DNA of 64,000 nt from an uncultured Candidatus Poseidoniales archaeon (GCA_902601345.1 CACKMK010000002.1:43571-107570); one strand, 5' to 3'; positions 26,767-37,105 are shown, counted from the first letter of the stretch. Made by a program: numbers and translations. Notes: a model not told the origin generated them from the letters alone.

Positions 26767-28014
26767 TTGCACTTCTTAGTTCATCTGGGTTGCAACCGAT
26801 GTTATGAAAAGTCACTGCTCAGGTTCGCTCACGTGGCGGACGCTGTATCCCTCGTTGTCATCGGTCTTATTCTGATGGCGACCTTCAATGGCTTGTTTCG
26901 AATTCTGCGTTCGCAAAATAGGAGGACAATCCTCCCTTCTACAAGGAGGAACGTCCCAGAGGAGGTTCTCGCAGGATCTACATCTAGAAGGAGAAGGGGA
27001 AGGGGAAGAGATCGTTCTGGCACTCCAACCGTATCCAGTTCACTAGGGGAGGGCTCTGAGGCAATTGGTGCCGGAGTGCAGGAAGCAGAGATATCAGAAA
27101 AGGGCGCTTCTGCACTCGAGAAGAGGCTCGAGAGGGAAGGAGCAAAGAGGGGTTCTGTCCAGATCAGTCTGATGTGGGATAATTGGAATGATCTCGACCT
27201 ACATGTAATCACCCCATCTGGAGAGCACATCTATCACGATAACAGGACATCAAATTGCGGTGGTGAGCTAGATGTAGACATGAACTTCAAGCCTACTTCG
27301 AAATCCCCAGTTGAGAATATTGTCTGGACGAAAACCCCTCCTCCAGGAGTCTACAGAGTTGGAGTCAGGCACTACAAAATCCATACAAAAGGGTTGTTCT
27401 CATGGGTACCTCTTCTACGAAGAATACACAATAAGAACGAGACAGATTTCACGGTCAGCCTGACAATTGGTGAGAGCAAACGGTTCTACGAGGGGGCCCT
27501 TGTCAAGAGTAATGACCTGCAATTCGTCGCTAAGTTCGCCATAGCTGGTCCAGATGGAGAAGTGCCTCAGCCTTCGGCGAGTGATGAGGAATTGGCTGAG
27601 GATACAAAGGAGGATTTCACCGAGGCTAGAGATGTGGATGAGCTTAGGAGAAGGGTGGGGACGGTTCAAGACGGTGCATCGGTGAGTCTCAACTGGGAAG
27701 GTAGTTCTGACTTGGGGCTCTCAATAATTGATTCTAATGGCGAGGAGTTGTCTTTCTTCAATCCGGAGGGATTGGGAGGAGGGAAATTCGATATGGATGG
27801 TTACGACCCTGAGTCCGGCTCCAGAGAGATAAGATGGGCCTCTTCTCCTCCATCCGGGACTTACTCGGTGGTTGTGAGGCACTTTGAGACAGAAGGTGAA
27901 GAAGGAGAGGTTCAGTTCGAGGTTAATGTGAACAACGGTGGGGATAGACAGCAATTCTCCGGATCTATCCAATCGGATGGCTCGTCTGTAGAGGCCGGAA
28001 GTTTCGAAATCTAG
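26767..28014 (+). CDS. Membrane-anchored protein with two tandem ~100-aa beta-sandwich repeats (DUF2135-like, tentative)
   Basis: 415 aa. N-terminal TM is [18 protein letters not shown]. Internal repeats are [26 protein letters not shown]...GGELDVDMN...[18 protein letters not shown] and [40 protein letters not shown]...[18 protein letters not shown]. Divergent from the giant protein gene. True start may be an internal Met. Confidence 0.45.
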   Translation: MHFLVHLGCNRCYEKSLLRFAHVADAVSLVVIGLILMATFNGLFRILRSQNRRTILPSTRRNVPEEVLAGSTSRRRRGRGRDRSGTPTVSSSLGEGSEAIGAGVQEAEISEKGASALEKRLEREGAKRGSVQISLMWDNWNDLDLHVITPSGEHIYHDNRTSNCGGELDVDMNFKPTSKSPVENIVWTKTPPPGVYRVGVRHYKIHTKGLFSWVPLLRRIHNKNETDFTVSLTIGESKRFYEGALVKSNDLQFVAKFAIAGPDGEVPQPSASDEELAEDTKEDFTEARDVDELRRRVGTVQDGASVSLNWEGSSDLGLSIIDSNGEELSFFNPEGLGGGKFDMDGYDPESGSREIRWASSPPSGTYSVVVRHFETEGEEGEVQFEVNVNNGGDRQQFSGSIQSDGSSVEAGSFEI

Positions 28015-28778
28015 CCGTCCCAAAGTCCTTGGATCTGCAGAATTGATTTCATCCACTGCAGTTTCTGGAGCTTGGAGGACTCCTCAGTATCTCCTGACCA
28101 TCGGCCCACAATATCAGATCTGGTGCCTAGGAGCTTGATGTTTCCTTTACGCGCCCCTAATGCCGTTAGGAAGCATGCTGCGCGGTCCCCATCCGTAAAC
28201 CCACCAGGGTTGTACATTCCGTCGATTGGATTCCGCGTTTGGTGGGTTAGTATAAGCTCAGGGGGGTTTGTCTGTTCCTCGGCCAATCCTAGTAGGCTGT
28301 CCCAGTCTTCTCTATTGTCTCCATGGGCATGTAGTACGAACGGTATTGATCTTCTAACTGCTTGATAGGTCCCTTCTCCACCATCGGCATCGCTAACCAT
28401 GCACACCACGCGGGACCATGCCTTCTCAGAAAGTGAGGCGGGCATCTCTGAAATCGCTCCAACTGCTCCATCTGCAGCTACAATGAGCGTTGGACCATCC
28501 AGAATAGAGGCTATCTCATCTGGTTCTACGGCTGCTCCGAGGATTGCTACCCGCGCTTCCCTAATCACTATTCTTCGGTAAATCTTCGATAGAGTTGCAG
28601 CTCTATTATGCCTGGCCCAGATTGCCACCGTTGAGTCTTCGACCCTTCGAAGCATCGAAACTGCGCTATCTTTGTCGTCCTCCTCGGTCCAACCGAAGTA
28701 TTCTCTGACTTCATTCTGAACACCAACCAACGTTGGAGAAGATGGCGTCAAGTCAGAGGGAGTTTCTTGTTTCGTCAT
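28011..28778 (-). CDS. Hypothetical protein, possibly DUF115/MptE-like (Rossmann-like; [11 protein letters not shown] and VSDADGG motifs)
   Basis: The track ORF (28011..29060) has a Ser/Thr-rich low-complexity N-terminus. That N-terminus overlaps the convergently placed primase gene on the other strand. Trimmed to the internal Met ([10 protein letters not shown]...). Family call is weak and from memory of the MptE/thiamine-pyrophosphokinase-like AADG motif. Confidence 0.3.
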   Translation of the reverse strand: MTKQETPSDLTPSSPTLVGVQNEVREYFGWTEEDDKDSAVSMLRRVEDSTVAIWARHNRAATLSKIYRRIVIREARVAILGAAVEPDEIASILDGPTLIVAADGAVGAISEMPASLSEKAWSRVVCMVSDADGGEGTYQAVRRSIPFVLHAHGDNREDWDSLLGLAEEQTNPPELILTHQTRNPIDGMYNPGGFTDGDRAACFLTALGARKGNIKLLGTRSDIVGRWSGDTEESSKLQKLQWMKSILQIQGLWDG

Positions 28779-28836
28779 GCTCTCCACTGGAAGGGCTCGG
28801 TAAGTATTCAAGAACCCTCGCGGAACTCTTGAGTTT

Positions 28837-30006
28837 GTGCCGATGCCAATCAGAGCTCCTGAAATCGATGACGAGGGTTTGCTTGCTAGGTATCCCTTTC
28901 TGCCACAGGGAAGGTCATTCATTCGTAAGATGTTGGAAGAGAACGGAATAACTGTTGAGGATCTAATTGAAGCCCCTTGGCTCGAGGATGTGAGAGTTAG
29001 GGGCAGGTTAAGGCTGGTGGATTCAGTTTTACAGCAGGAGGATGTGGCATCCTCTTCCACAATTGACCTTTCAACAGACGTTGGGAGGATGACTGAGACA
29101 CTGTCCTTCCTTCATGCAATGCTAGTAGTCTGTGCATCATTCGATGAGAGGCTGCTTTCCAGATGGATTGAGGGCGAGTCTAGCAGAGCGGATAAGTTAC
29201 TGGGTATGGACTCCAAGAACTTCAATTTGCTTTCCTCTTCTTTTCTTTCCGATATTGTAGTGGAAAGTAATAGCGAGGGGTCTGAAATATACTGGATTCC
29301 AATGGTAGACTTCATCGAGCTTAGCCCAAAAATTTCCGGCAAATACTGGAGATTGGTAAATAGGCCTTTGAGAGACGGTTGGGTTTGTCTGGATTCTGGA
29401 GCTGGAGAGACAGGGAGAGAGAGGGCTTCTCGACTGATAAAGGAGAGAGTTAGAGAGAGTCTGAGGGTTAGTTGTGAAGATAGAATTTCCAGGATGGATG
29501 ATGAGTTTGCAGCTAAGTTCGCAGACCCGGTAGATAGGATTACTGGACTGCTTTCTGAGAGAGTCAAGGAGGAGATGCCTATGACGGCAGCAGTCAGGGA
29601 TGACTGGCCTCCGTGTTTTGAATCGGCTGTTTCTGAGTTGAACCAGGGGGTAAATGTAAATCATGTTGGAAGGGTCTTCCTTGCCGCTTTCTCAAGATCG
29701 ATAGGACTTCAGCAGGAGCAAACCTGCAACTTCTTTTCCAATGCCCCTGACTATGACGCTGACACTACATCATACCAAGTGGGTCAGATTTACGAAAGAG
29801 AGTATACCCCTCATGGATGCTCTTCTCTAAAAACGAACGCCAGATGCCCCGTGCAAATAGGAGAGGACCCCCTCTGTGATCAAGAATGGTTGACTCATCC
29901 TCTGAAGTATATCAGAGCAAAGCAGAGGAGGAGGTATGGCTCGGGCAATGCCGGATCTGACGGATATGCCAATGACTCAGATAGCGATTCTGCCAATTCC
30001 TCATAA
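28837..30006 (+). CDS. priL: DNA primase large subunit PriL (Fe-S cluster domain)
   Basis: 389 aa. DDWPPCFESAV is the archaeal/eukaryotic PriL PPC motif, and three more C-terminal Cys residues follow (C at NFFS, HGCSS and ARCPV). Helical N-terminal domain. Confidence 0.6.
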   Translation: MPMPIRAPEIDDEGLLARYPFLPQGRSFIRKMLEENGITVEDLIEAPWLEDVRVRGRLRLVDSVLQQEDVASSSTIDLSTDVGRMTETLSFLHAMLVVCASFDERLLSRWIEGESSRADKLLGMDSKNFNLLSSSFLSDIVVESNSEGSEIYWIPMVDFIELSPKISGKYWRLVNRPLRDGWVCLDSGAGETGRERASRLIKERVRESLRVSCEDRISRMDDEFAAKFADPVDRITGLLSERVKEEMPMTAAVRDDWPPCFESAVSELNQGVNVNHVGRVFLAAFSRSIGLQQEQTCNFFSNAPDYDADTTSYQVGQIYEREYTPHGCSSLKTNARCPVQIGEDPLCDQEWLTHPLKYIRAKQRRRYGSGNAGSDGYANDSDSDSANSS

Positions 30007-30039
30007 GTAGGTGCTTACCAACCACTGACAAGGGAGGGC

Positions 30040-31167
30040 GTGATCATAGTACGAACACTGGTTCTCACAATTGACAGAGACAATGATTTGGGTGTGAAAT
30101 CGGGGATAAGAGGGCCGGTTGTTGGTAGGAAATCCTGCTTGACGGCAGCTCTCAGATTGGGTATCGCGGACCCTGAGGAGTCCGATACAAACGCGATTCT
30201 TGGTGCACTGCACCACCATGATAGGCTGGCAGAAGGAGCTGCTGCAAGCGATGAGGTTCAGATCGCTATTCTAACAGGTGACGTGAGGGTAGGACCTAGG
30301 AGCGATAGGTCGATAGCTAGCCAGTTGGACGAGGTGATTCAGGATTTCCAACCAGATGCAGCACTCCTTGTTACGGACGGCGCTGATGACGAAGCTTCTC
30401 TGCCTATAGTTACCTCGAGGGTGAGAGTGGACACGGTGGAGAAGGTAATAGTCAGGCAGTCAAAGGGAATCGAGGGCACCTACTACTACATCGTGAAGGC
30501 AATAGAGGACCCCAGATTCAGGTCTAGACTTCTAGTTCCACTCGCAGTTTTCCTAATCATAATTGGTCTGGGCCTAATCCTACCAAACGGAATAGCTCTC
30601 ATCGGCTCTCTACCACTTTTGATAGGATTGTGGGTCTTGGGCAAGGGGCTAGGTCTTGAGGCACAAATGGAGAGGGTAGCCATGGAGATGAGAGACAGCG
30701 CTACTGGGGGGCTTTTCTCGTCATTACTATGGGGGATGTCAATTGTGAGTTTGTTCCTGGCAGTTGCTACTGTTTGGGCGGGATGGGACGATCCTGTTCC
30801 AGATGGGAATTCTCAGTTCGAGCACTTACTAGGGCTTGTTGATGAGGTTCTACAATGGATTGTGGGTTCCGTATTCTCGTTCTTACTTGCTCTGGGAGTT
30901 CTGAGGTGGAAGGAGGGTTCCTTCACAGGGAGGAGCGTTCTACTAATTGGTCTTGGGGTAGTATTCTACACCTTCGTTGCGGCAACAATCGACGTGGCAC
31001 TCGTGATTTCATCAGGGCAGGAATATAGTCCCACATTCAATCAACTAGGGGATGATTGGGGGCTACCAATAATGTCCATGGTAATGTACTACCTTCTGAG
31101 AACCATAGTCCAATCATTCTCCGAGGACGATGACTTAGTCCAAGGAAGTCGTTTCTGGGGAGTATGA
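30040..31167 (+). CDS. DUF373-family archaeal membrane protein
   Basis: 375 aa. N-terminus MIIVRTLVLTIDRDNDLGVKSGIRGPVVG matches the DUF373 start (LVL.IDRDDDLG). Several C-terminal TM helices. Confidence 0.45.
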   Translation: MIIVRTLVLTIDRDNDLGVKSGIRGPVVGRKSCLTAALRLGIADPEESDTNAILGALHHHDRLAEGAAASDEVQIAILTGDVRVGPRSDRSIASQLDEVIQDFQPDAALLVTDGADDEASLPIVTSRVRVDTVEKVIVRQSKGIEGTYYYIVKAIEDPRFRSRLLVPLAVFLIIIGLGLILPNGIALIGSLPLLIGLWVLGKGLGLEAQMERVAMEMRDSATGGLFSSLLWGMSIVSLFLAVATVWAGWDDPVPDGNSQFEHLLGLVDEVLQWIVGSVFSFLLALGVLRWKEGSFTGRSVLLIGLGVVFYTFVAATIDVALVISSGQEYSPTFNQLGDDWGLPIMSMVMYYLLRTIVQSFSEDDDLVQGSRFWGV

Positions 31168-31406
31168 TGGGAAAAGTAACTGCATCCATACTTTGGACCG
31201 GTTCGAAGGAAAGAGGGGAGGCGCTGCTGGCAGCGATAATCCCCGACGATCCAGATGATTTCACGGTTGAGTTATTGGATTTCAGTGACCACGTAGAGTT
31301 GAGGATAGGAGTTATCGCGGACGGGCTGGGTCGATCGAGATCATCGGTAGATGACATTCTTGCCTGCTTGTCAGCAGCTGAGTCCGGGCTTGACTCTCTA
31401 GATTGA
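31164..31406 (+). CDS. KEOPS complex subunit Pcc1-like
   Basis: 80 aa. FTVELLDFSDHVELRIGVIADGLGRSRSSVDDILACLSAAES aligns with the archaeal Pcc1 pattern (...L.I.A.D..ALRG.VNS.LRWI.AA). Size is typical. Confidence 0.45.
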   Translation: MMGKVTASILWTGSKERGEALLAAIIPDDPDDFTVELLDFSDHVELRIGVIADGLGRSRSSVDDILACLSAAESGLDSLD

Positions 31407-31456
31407 CCTTAACGAGTACTAGTACTATTCAAGGGTGGGCTTGCAGTCCATGATGC

Positions 31457-32398
31457 GTGGAAGGACTGCCGCATGACCGATCCCACTTGTTATGCAATGC
31501 AAATGAAGTTCCTAATCCGACAAAAATGTTTCAGGATTCAATAAGGAGATGGTTGATTGCTCACTTGTCAGATGACTCTGCAACGGATGGAAAAATGGGA
31601 AGTATTGTTGAGGCAGTGGTGATATCGAAAAGTGCAGGAGTGTTCTGTGGCAGAATTCCAGTGGACTTGCTTTTCGCCGAGTGGTTTCCCTCCTGTGAGC
31701 TGACTTGGAATGTCGAAGAAGGAGGGGATATCAAAGTAGGTAGCCAGATTCTCTCTATCTCTGGGCCATCGGATAGTGTCTTGAGTTGTGAGAGGGTTGT
31801 GCTGAACATTCTTGGTAGGCTATCAGGCATTACCACTAGGACCTCCGAATGGGTAAGCGAGTCAGGAGATGTTTCTATAGCATGCACAAGAAAAACTGCA
31901 TGGGGGTTGATGGACAAATGGGCCGTACATATGGGAGGAGGACTAACCCATCGGCTCAGTAGGACAGATGCATTGATGATTAAGGAAAATGATTTGAGCG
32001 TAATCGGCTCTAAAGATGGTGTTGAATCAGCAATTTCATCCGCAATCTCCTCCATTGATTTTGAGAAGAATCCCGGATTTGTTGTAATCGAGGTTCAGGA
32101 CTCTGCGCAGGCGATTTCAGCCGCCGAGTCCTGGTCAGAAAATCAGAAAATCAGAGGAAGGGAGGAAAGAATAGTGATACTGCTAGACAATATGGGACCA
32201 AGTGGGTGCAGGTCTGCAGAAATTCTTCTGAGAGAGTCTGGGTTAAGGGAGTGGTGCATTCTCGAGGGATCAGGAGGAGTAACATTGGATGATTTGCATA
32301 CCTGGATTGAGAATTCCATGGTAGATGTGATATCTTCAAGCTCGGTAAACATGGGAGTCCCCCCGCTGGATCTCTCAATGCTAATTGGAGGGAGTTGA
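31457..32398 (+). CDS. nadC: Nicotinate-nucleotide pyrophosphorylase (quinolinate phosphoribosyltransferase)
   Basis: CTRKTAWGLMDKWAVHMGGGLTHRLSRTDALMIKEND matches the QPRTase core (TRKT.PG...K.AV..GGG.NHR..L.D..MIKDNH). Real start is probably the internal Met (MFQDSIRRW) about 69 nt in. Confidence 0.7.
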   Translation: MEGLPHDRSHLLCNANEVPNPTKMFQDSIRRWLIAHLSDDSATDGKMGSIVEAVVISKSAGVFCGRIPVDLLFAEWFPSCELTWNVEEGGDIKVGSQILSISGPSDSVLSCERVVLNILGRLSGITTRTSEWVSESGDVSIACTRKTAWGLMDKWAVHMGGGLTHRLSRTDALMIKENDLSVIGSKDGVESAISSAISSIDFEKNPGFVVIEVQDSAQAISAAESWSENQKIRGREERIVILLDNMGPSGCRSAEILLRESGLREWCILEGSGGVTLDDLHTWIENSMVDVISSSSVNMGVPPLDLSMLIGGS

Positions 32399-33183
32399 TG
32401 GCCAGGATTCCCGATAGCCACCCTAGGAAGAAATCCCTAGAGTCAAGGCAGAAGATAGTGGATGGCAGCTCCATGGGTCTGCTTGCGGACTCGGCAATGA
32501 TTGCTCATGGCAGAGGAGAGGCTTTCGACTATCTGCTCGGAGAGAGGACCACGGAGTCAGCCAGAGAGGCCATTCGTGAGAGTGCGGCTCGCCTCAGGAA
32601 TGCCAGAAGACCGATCATCTCAGTTAACGGAAACACGACAGTCCTAGCAGGCGACGGAGCGATTAGGTTGGCTGCAGTCCTTGGTTGTCCTATTGAGGTG
32701 AACCTCTACTACAGAACCCCAAGCAGGGTCAAGGGGCTGATCTCGCTATTGGAAGAAGGGAAGTTTAAGCTGTCCCAAGAGGCTGCCCCTGACGGGTTCT
32801 ATCGGGACTGGAAGGAAAGAGTCGAGGGAGTGTCGATTCTAGGGGAATCTCCTAATTTCAAGATAGAAGGTTTGGAGGGGCCACGTTCAAACTGCACTGT
32901 AGAAGGAATAGGCGGAGCTGATACTATCCTTGTCCCTCTTGAGGACGGTGACAGGTGCGAGGCACTGATCAGTCTTGACAAGGAGGTCATAGTGGTCGAT
33001 CTGAACCCTCTTTCAAGAAGTGCTAGGATGGCCTCGGTGACGATAGTAGACGAGGTTTCCAGAGCGTTCGAGGGTATTCTGTCCTGTCTACTCAATGACT
33101 CCGATTACAAACAGACAGAATGGGATAATCAGAAATCTTTGAGAGGGTCCCTGCAGGAGATTTGTGAACATTTCTCAGAATAG
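32395..33183 (+). CDS. Archaeal 4-phosphopantoate--beta-alanine ligase (phosphopantothenate synthetase, DUF137) (tentative)
   Basis: 262 aa. IPDSHPRKKSLESRQKIVDG...IAHGRGEAFDYLLGERT matches my recollection of the archaeal PPS N-terminal signature (HPRY.SL..RE.LV.G......AHGRGEAFDYL.GE.T). Confidence 0.45.
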   Translation: MMARIPDSHPRKKSLESRQKIVDGSSMGLLADSAMIAHGRGEAFDYLLGERTTESAREAIRESAARLRNARRPIISVNGNTTVLAGDGAIRLAAVLGCPIEVNLYYRTPSRVKGLISLLEEGKFKLSQEAAPDGFYRDWKERVEGVSILGESPNFKIEGLEGPRSNCTVEGIGGADTILVPLEDGDRCEALISLDKEVIVVDLNPLSRSARMASVTIVDEVSRAFEGILSCLLNDSDYKQTEWDNQKSLRGSLQEICEHFSE

Positions 33184-33198
33184 GTCCTAATGTCCTGT

Positions 33199-34386
33199 TC
33201 AGCTGCCTAACTCTGTGAGAATAGCCGCACATCTGGACGCTATGGCCTCGCCGACCTCCGTGGTTGAGGCCTTGCCTCCCAAGTCGTAAGTAACGGGTCC
33301 TCCAGAAGACATGTGTTCTGAAATCGCTCTCTCAATGACTTCTGCGCACAATATCGCTTCCTGATCGTCATTCTTCAAACCAAGAGAATCGAACATCAAT
33401 TGTACAGAAGATATTGCTGCAATGGGATTCACTTTGTTCTGTCCTGCATATTTCGGGCTGGACCCGTGAACTGGCTCGAACAGCATGTGTTCGTCTCCTA
33501 TGTTGGCGCTGGCCGCCATACCCATCCCACCCTGAAGTACTGAGGCTAGATCTGTGGCTATATCTCCAAACATGTTCGGAAGAACGACTACATCGAGATC
33601 CTCTGGACTCCTGACTAGCCACATAGTGAATGCATCGATGAACGCCTCGTTGGTTACAATGCCATGGTATTCAGATGAGACCTCTCTGAAAACATCCCTG
33701 AATAGTCTGCATCCCCTAGTGACGTTGCTCTTGTCTACGCATGTTACCTTCTGAACGCTACCAAATCTGGATTCACGTCTTTTAGCTAGTTCAAATGAGA
33801 AACGGATAACTCTCTCGCTACCCTTCCGCGATATCGGCCTAACGTCCCAGCCTACTTCTCCTTCCAGACCCGGGAATCCGTCGATTACAAGCGGTTCGTC
33901 CCTTTCCTCTCCTCTGGCTGCCATTCCAGATCTCCTTAACAGGGCATGGTATAGGCCCTCGGTATTTTCTCTCACCATTACGACGTCTACGAGTTCGTTG
34001 TCCCAAACATCAATGAAAGTCCCATGCACCTTGTGCTTGACACCCTTGTAGAGTTTGACTGGTCTAACGTTAGCATACAGATCTAATGCTGACCTCAGTC
34101 CCAGAAGTGCCTGCCCTCCGGCAATATCACCATTTGGGAGAGTAGCGCCCGGCCAGCCAACTGCACCGACTACAATGGCATCAGATTCATCTCTGCAGTG
34201 TTCGAAAGAACCAGTTGGCCATTCCTCACCAGTATCCAGATAGTGTTGGCCGCCACAAGGAATCTCGGTGGTTTCCATTGAAATTGCTCCTGAATCGTGG
34301 AAGGTTGAGAGCAACCGCTTTACCTCTTCCATAACCTCTCGACCAGTCCCATCCCCGGGCAAAAGTGCCAATCTGTACGGCGCCAT
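33199..34386 (-). CDS. Isocitrate/isopropylmalate dehydrogenase family (NAD(P)-dependent beta-decarboxylating dehydrogenase)
   Basis: RLALLPGDGTGREV (N-terminal GDGIG motif), NLYANVRPVK, and NMFGDIATDLASVLQGGMGMAASANIG (Asp/metal-binding signature). Start set at MAPYRLALLPGDG. The 110-aa upstream extension in the track ORF is low-complexity and implausible. Confidence 0.75.
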   Translation of the reverse strand: MAPYRLALLPGDGTGREVMEEVKRLLSTFHDSGAISMETTEIPCGGQHYLDTGEEWPTGSFEHCRDESDAIVVGAVGWPGATLPNGDIAGGQALLGLRSALDLYANVRPVKLYKGVKHKVHGTFIDVWDNELVDVVMVRENTEGLYHALLRRSGMAARGEERDEPLVIDGFPGLEGEVGWDVRPISRKGSERVIRFSFELAKRRESRFGSVQKVTCVDKSNVTRGCRLFRDVFREVSSEYHGIVTNEAFIDAFTMWLVRSPEDLDVVVLPNMFGDIATDLASVLQGGMGMAASANIGDEHMLFEPVHGSSPKYAGQNKVNPIAAISSVQLMFDSLGLKNDDQEAILCAEVIERAISEHMSSGGPVTYDLGGKASTTEVGEAIASRCAAILTELGS

Positions 34387-34483
34387 TGACCGGGGCACAA
34401 CCTTTTCATTCATCAATCCAACCCCATGGAGAGGTTTTCTCACAGAGCAGATAATTGATAGACGGTCAAGTTGACAACAAGAT

Positions 34484-35092
34484 ATGGGAACCAACTCAGA
34501 AGAGGATAAGAGCGGACCGAAAATCGACATCAGAACACTACCGGAGTCCGTATCCCTCCTCTGGGAGTCAATGCTACGCAAAAATCCAAACTGGGACTTA
34601 TCTGAGTGGCTAGACGAAAGAGCCAATGAAGAGTTGGAACTTCTGGAGTCGCACCTCGGCAGGGAGAAGCTCAGGTACGAGCAAAGACTCCATAGAATAG
34701 AGAATCTCTCCAAACAGATGAGCAGGAGGAGGGAGAGCGCTGGGACATCTCCATTGCCCGATCCAAACCAGCGGAATCTCTTCGATGTATACGGTCCTTC
34801 GGAGGAGGTCCCCCCTGCCGAAGGAAAGGAAATCGATGGAGTGCCATTAGTTGACCTCGGATCGCTTTCGGCTGATGATGACCTCCTGCTGGCTTACATT
34901 AGTCAGAAGATTCTGATTGTAATAGAGGAGGCAAATGAGAAGGGAGAGGGTTTGCATTTCGACAATATAATTCGGTTGATGGAGTCTCCTGGGATAACCT
35001 CAGAGGACATTGATGAGTCGATATCTTGGCTTCTTCAGAAGAACGAGATTATTGAGATAGAAAGAGACGTTTTTGTCATCAGCTCAAAATAA
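34484..35092 (+). CDS. Hypothetical protein with possible C-terminal winged-helix domain
   Basis: 202 aa. Acidic. C-terminus LLLAYISQKILIVIEEANEKGEGLHFDNIIRLMESPGITSEDIDESISWLLQKNEIIEIE is wHTH-like. No family recognised. Confidence 0.35.
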   Translation: MGTNSEEDKSGPKIDIRTLPESVSLLWESMLRKNPNWDLSEWLDERANEELELLESHLGREKLRYEQRLHRIENLSKQMSRRRESAGTSPLPDPNQRNLFDVYGPSEEVPPAEGKEIDGVPLVDLGSLSADDDLLLAYISQKILIVIEEANEKGEGLHFDNIIRLMESPGITSEDIDESISWLLQKNEIIEIERDVFVISSK

Positions 35093-35149
35093 TCGTGGTG
35101 GTAATCAATACAACCATTCAAACACGAAGAGCGAATCGGTGGGTTACCT

Positions 35150-37105
35150 ATGACGAGCGAAACTTCTGGGTGGTATGCAAGGCTGGATCATGAGTGTCCA
35201 GAAAGGACCCGACAGATCGGAATTTGGCTTGATTCATGGCTTGAGGCAACCAAGAAAGGGCTCCCTATAGCAGCCACTCTCCCAAACAATTGGCCAACCC
35301 TTCCTGCAGGTCTGCTCAGCAACCCAGGAACGGTTTTAGATCACCTGATTGCTAGGTTTGATGCCCAAAGCGATGGGCGTTCCCCGAGGGGAGTTTACGC
35401 ACCTCCAGCGCGATTTGTAGATGCGATATTGTACGACGAGCTGCGGCATGGAAGGGGTAAGAAGAAAGAGCCCCCCGCTACTCTCTCTCTAGCTGCTCTT
35501 CCACCTAGTTTCAGAGGGTTTGCAAAACAGATTAACGAGAACATCGATGAGAATGGGGACTCCGAAAGCGACAGTCTGGAGATGGATAATAGAACGATGT
35601 CGGGAATTCCGATTCCGTTTGCAGACCCTTGTGTAGGGGGCGGTCTCTTCGTTGAGAGAATATTGAGGATACACTCTGAAAGAATTTCAGGAAACACACC
35701 GAATGAGAGGAGAGAGGATACCCTGCGACTCTTGGAGGGACTACAGTTGGTGGACAGTTCCGAGGTGGCAGTGACTTCGGCGAGGAAGAGAATCGTGATT
35801 GTTCTTGCCAGGCTAGATCTTGTAGATCTGGACGGAGAGGGGAACGAAGGAAAGATTGGTCTCAGTGAGGCAGAGATGATTATCGAGAGTAACGTTCGTT
35901 GTGTTGATCCTCTACTTGGCGAGTGGCCTTGGAACGAAGGCCCCATGCTTCTAGTTTCACGCCCTCCGTGGCTCAGAATCAAGGATAGGTTCAGAGGACA
36001 TCCAGATGGGAGTGCTCTTAGAAAGAGGCTATCCTGTCAGCTAAGGGAATTCAAGGAGTCAGATGGAAGAACCAGATTCTCAGCAATCAAAGGGAATGTG
36101 AACCTGTACAGACTTTACATCGAGAGATCAATGCAGTTGTGTCAGAAAGGAGGAAGGGCTAGGCTAGTAGTGCCCAGTTCGGTTCTGAGAGAAAAAAGCA
36201 GTCTGCCGCTCAGAAAATTGCTTGTTGAGTCAAACCAATGGGATTCAGTCTGGTCGTTTCCAGAAGACCACAAATTGCTCTTTGGGGGTTCACAAGGAGT
36301 ATCTGTAATCGGTGTTACCGTTGGAGAGGAAACCGATGTTCTAACCAGCTTCGGACCTCTGCAGACCAATGACCTCTCATCGGGCAATGGACTTGTGTCC
36401 GACGCTCCATTCTTTGAATTAGAAAGAGGGCCATGGTCCTCATGGACGGATGCATCATATGCCGTTCCAAAGATGCCCAGATCGTCGATTGAAAGGACTA
36501 GGACCTTGTCAGCAATAGGAAAACTGGCAGATAAGCCTCGTTTGGTCGAAGACGGAACGGGCTTGAATCCGAGTACTAGAGTCATCAAAGTCAGGGTAGG
36601 GGAGGTTGAGAGGTCTTCCTGGGAGGACGAGATATGCGAATGGAGGGAGGGTCTTCTTCCATTTGTAAGGGCATCTCACATCCATTTCGAGGATGGTAGA
36701 GGGGTGATTAGGCACCCCGCTTTTGATGCCAACAATGTAGGCGAACTAGAGGCTAGTAATTCTGGATGGTCAGGACCCAAAAATATGGCCGTCCAGTCTA
36801 GAATCGCCTGTCAGGCGGTGGTGAATCCTAACTCAGAGAGGAGACTGGTGTGGGCGGTTGTTCCAGAGGGCTGCGTTATCGGGAACTCGGTTAGCTTCCT
36901 CGATCTGCCTCCCGAGGTTACAGAGCGGCTAAAGGATAGGTTCGGAACCATTGAAGAGGGTTTGAGAGTCCTTGCTAGCCAACTGAATTCAGAAGATCTG
37001 GATCTGTGGTCCAAAGCTTGGGCGGCAAATAACAATGTGAATAACTATGAAATCGAGACTCTACCGTTCGAAATAGAGGGTGGAGAGTTTGGATTGCCTG
37101 CCTAG
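35150..37105 (+). CDS. Gamma-class DNA (N6-adenine/N4-cytosine) methyltransferase with C-terminal putative target-recognition domain
   Basis: 651 aa. Motif X is GVYAPPARFVDAIL. Motif I (FxGxG-like AdoMet site) is IPFADPCVGGGLFVERI. Motif IV is LLVSRPPWL ((D/N/S)PP(Y/F/W)). The downstream GGRARLVVPSSVLREKSSLPLRKLL resembles the Eco57I/TaqI-like motifs V-VIII. The order X-I-IV is gamma-class. No nuclease motifs seen. Confidence 0.55.
   Translation: MTSETSGWYARLDHECPERTRQIGIWLDSWLEATKKGLPIAATLPNNWPTLPAGLLSNPGTVLDHLIARFDAQSDGRSPRGVYAPPARFVDAILYDELRHGRGKKKEPPATLSLAALPPSFRGFAKQINENIDENGDSESDSLEMDNRTMSGIPIPFADPCVGGGLFVERILRIHSERISGNTPNERREDTLRLLEGLQLVDSSEVAVTSARKRIVIVLARLDLVDLDGEGNEGKIGLSEAEMIIESNVRCVDPLLGEWPWNEGPMLLVSRPPWLRIKDRFRGHPDGSALRKRLSCQLREFKESDGRTRFSAIKGNVNLYRLYIERSMQLCQKGGRARLVVPSSVLREKSSLPLRKLLVESNQWDSVWSFPEDHKLLFGGSQGVSVIGVTVGEETDVLTSFGPLQTNDLSSGNGLVSDAPFFELERGPWSSWTDASYAVPKMPRSSIERTRTLSAIGKLADKPRLVEDGTGLNPSTRVIKVRVGEVERSSWEDEICEWREGLLPFVRASHIHFEDGRGVIRHPAFDANNVGELEASNSGWSGPKNMAVQSRIACQAVVNPNSERRLVWAVVPEGCVIGNSVSFLDLPPEVTERLKDRFGTIEEGLRVLASQLNSEDLDLWSKAWAANNNVNNYEIETLPFEIEGGEFGLPA

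Noticed and set aside
34387-34713. 110-codon N-terminal extension of the isocitrate/isopropylmalate dehydrogenase ORF
   Set aside because: The extension is Ser-rich and low-complexity. The canonical family N-terminus (LALLPGDGTG) begins right after the internal Met at 34386.
35395-35982. 195-aa minus-strand ORF
   Set aside because: Antisense to the methyltransferase gene, which has clear motifs X/I/IV. The translation is low-complexity.
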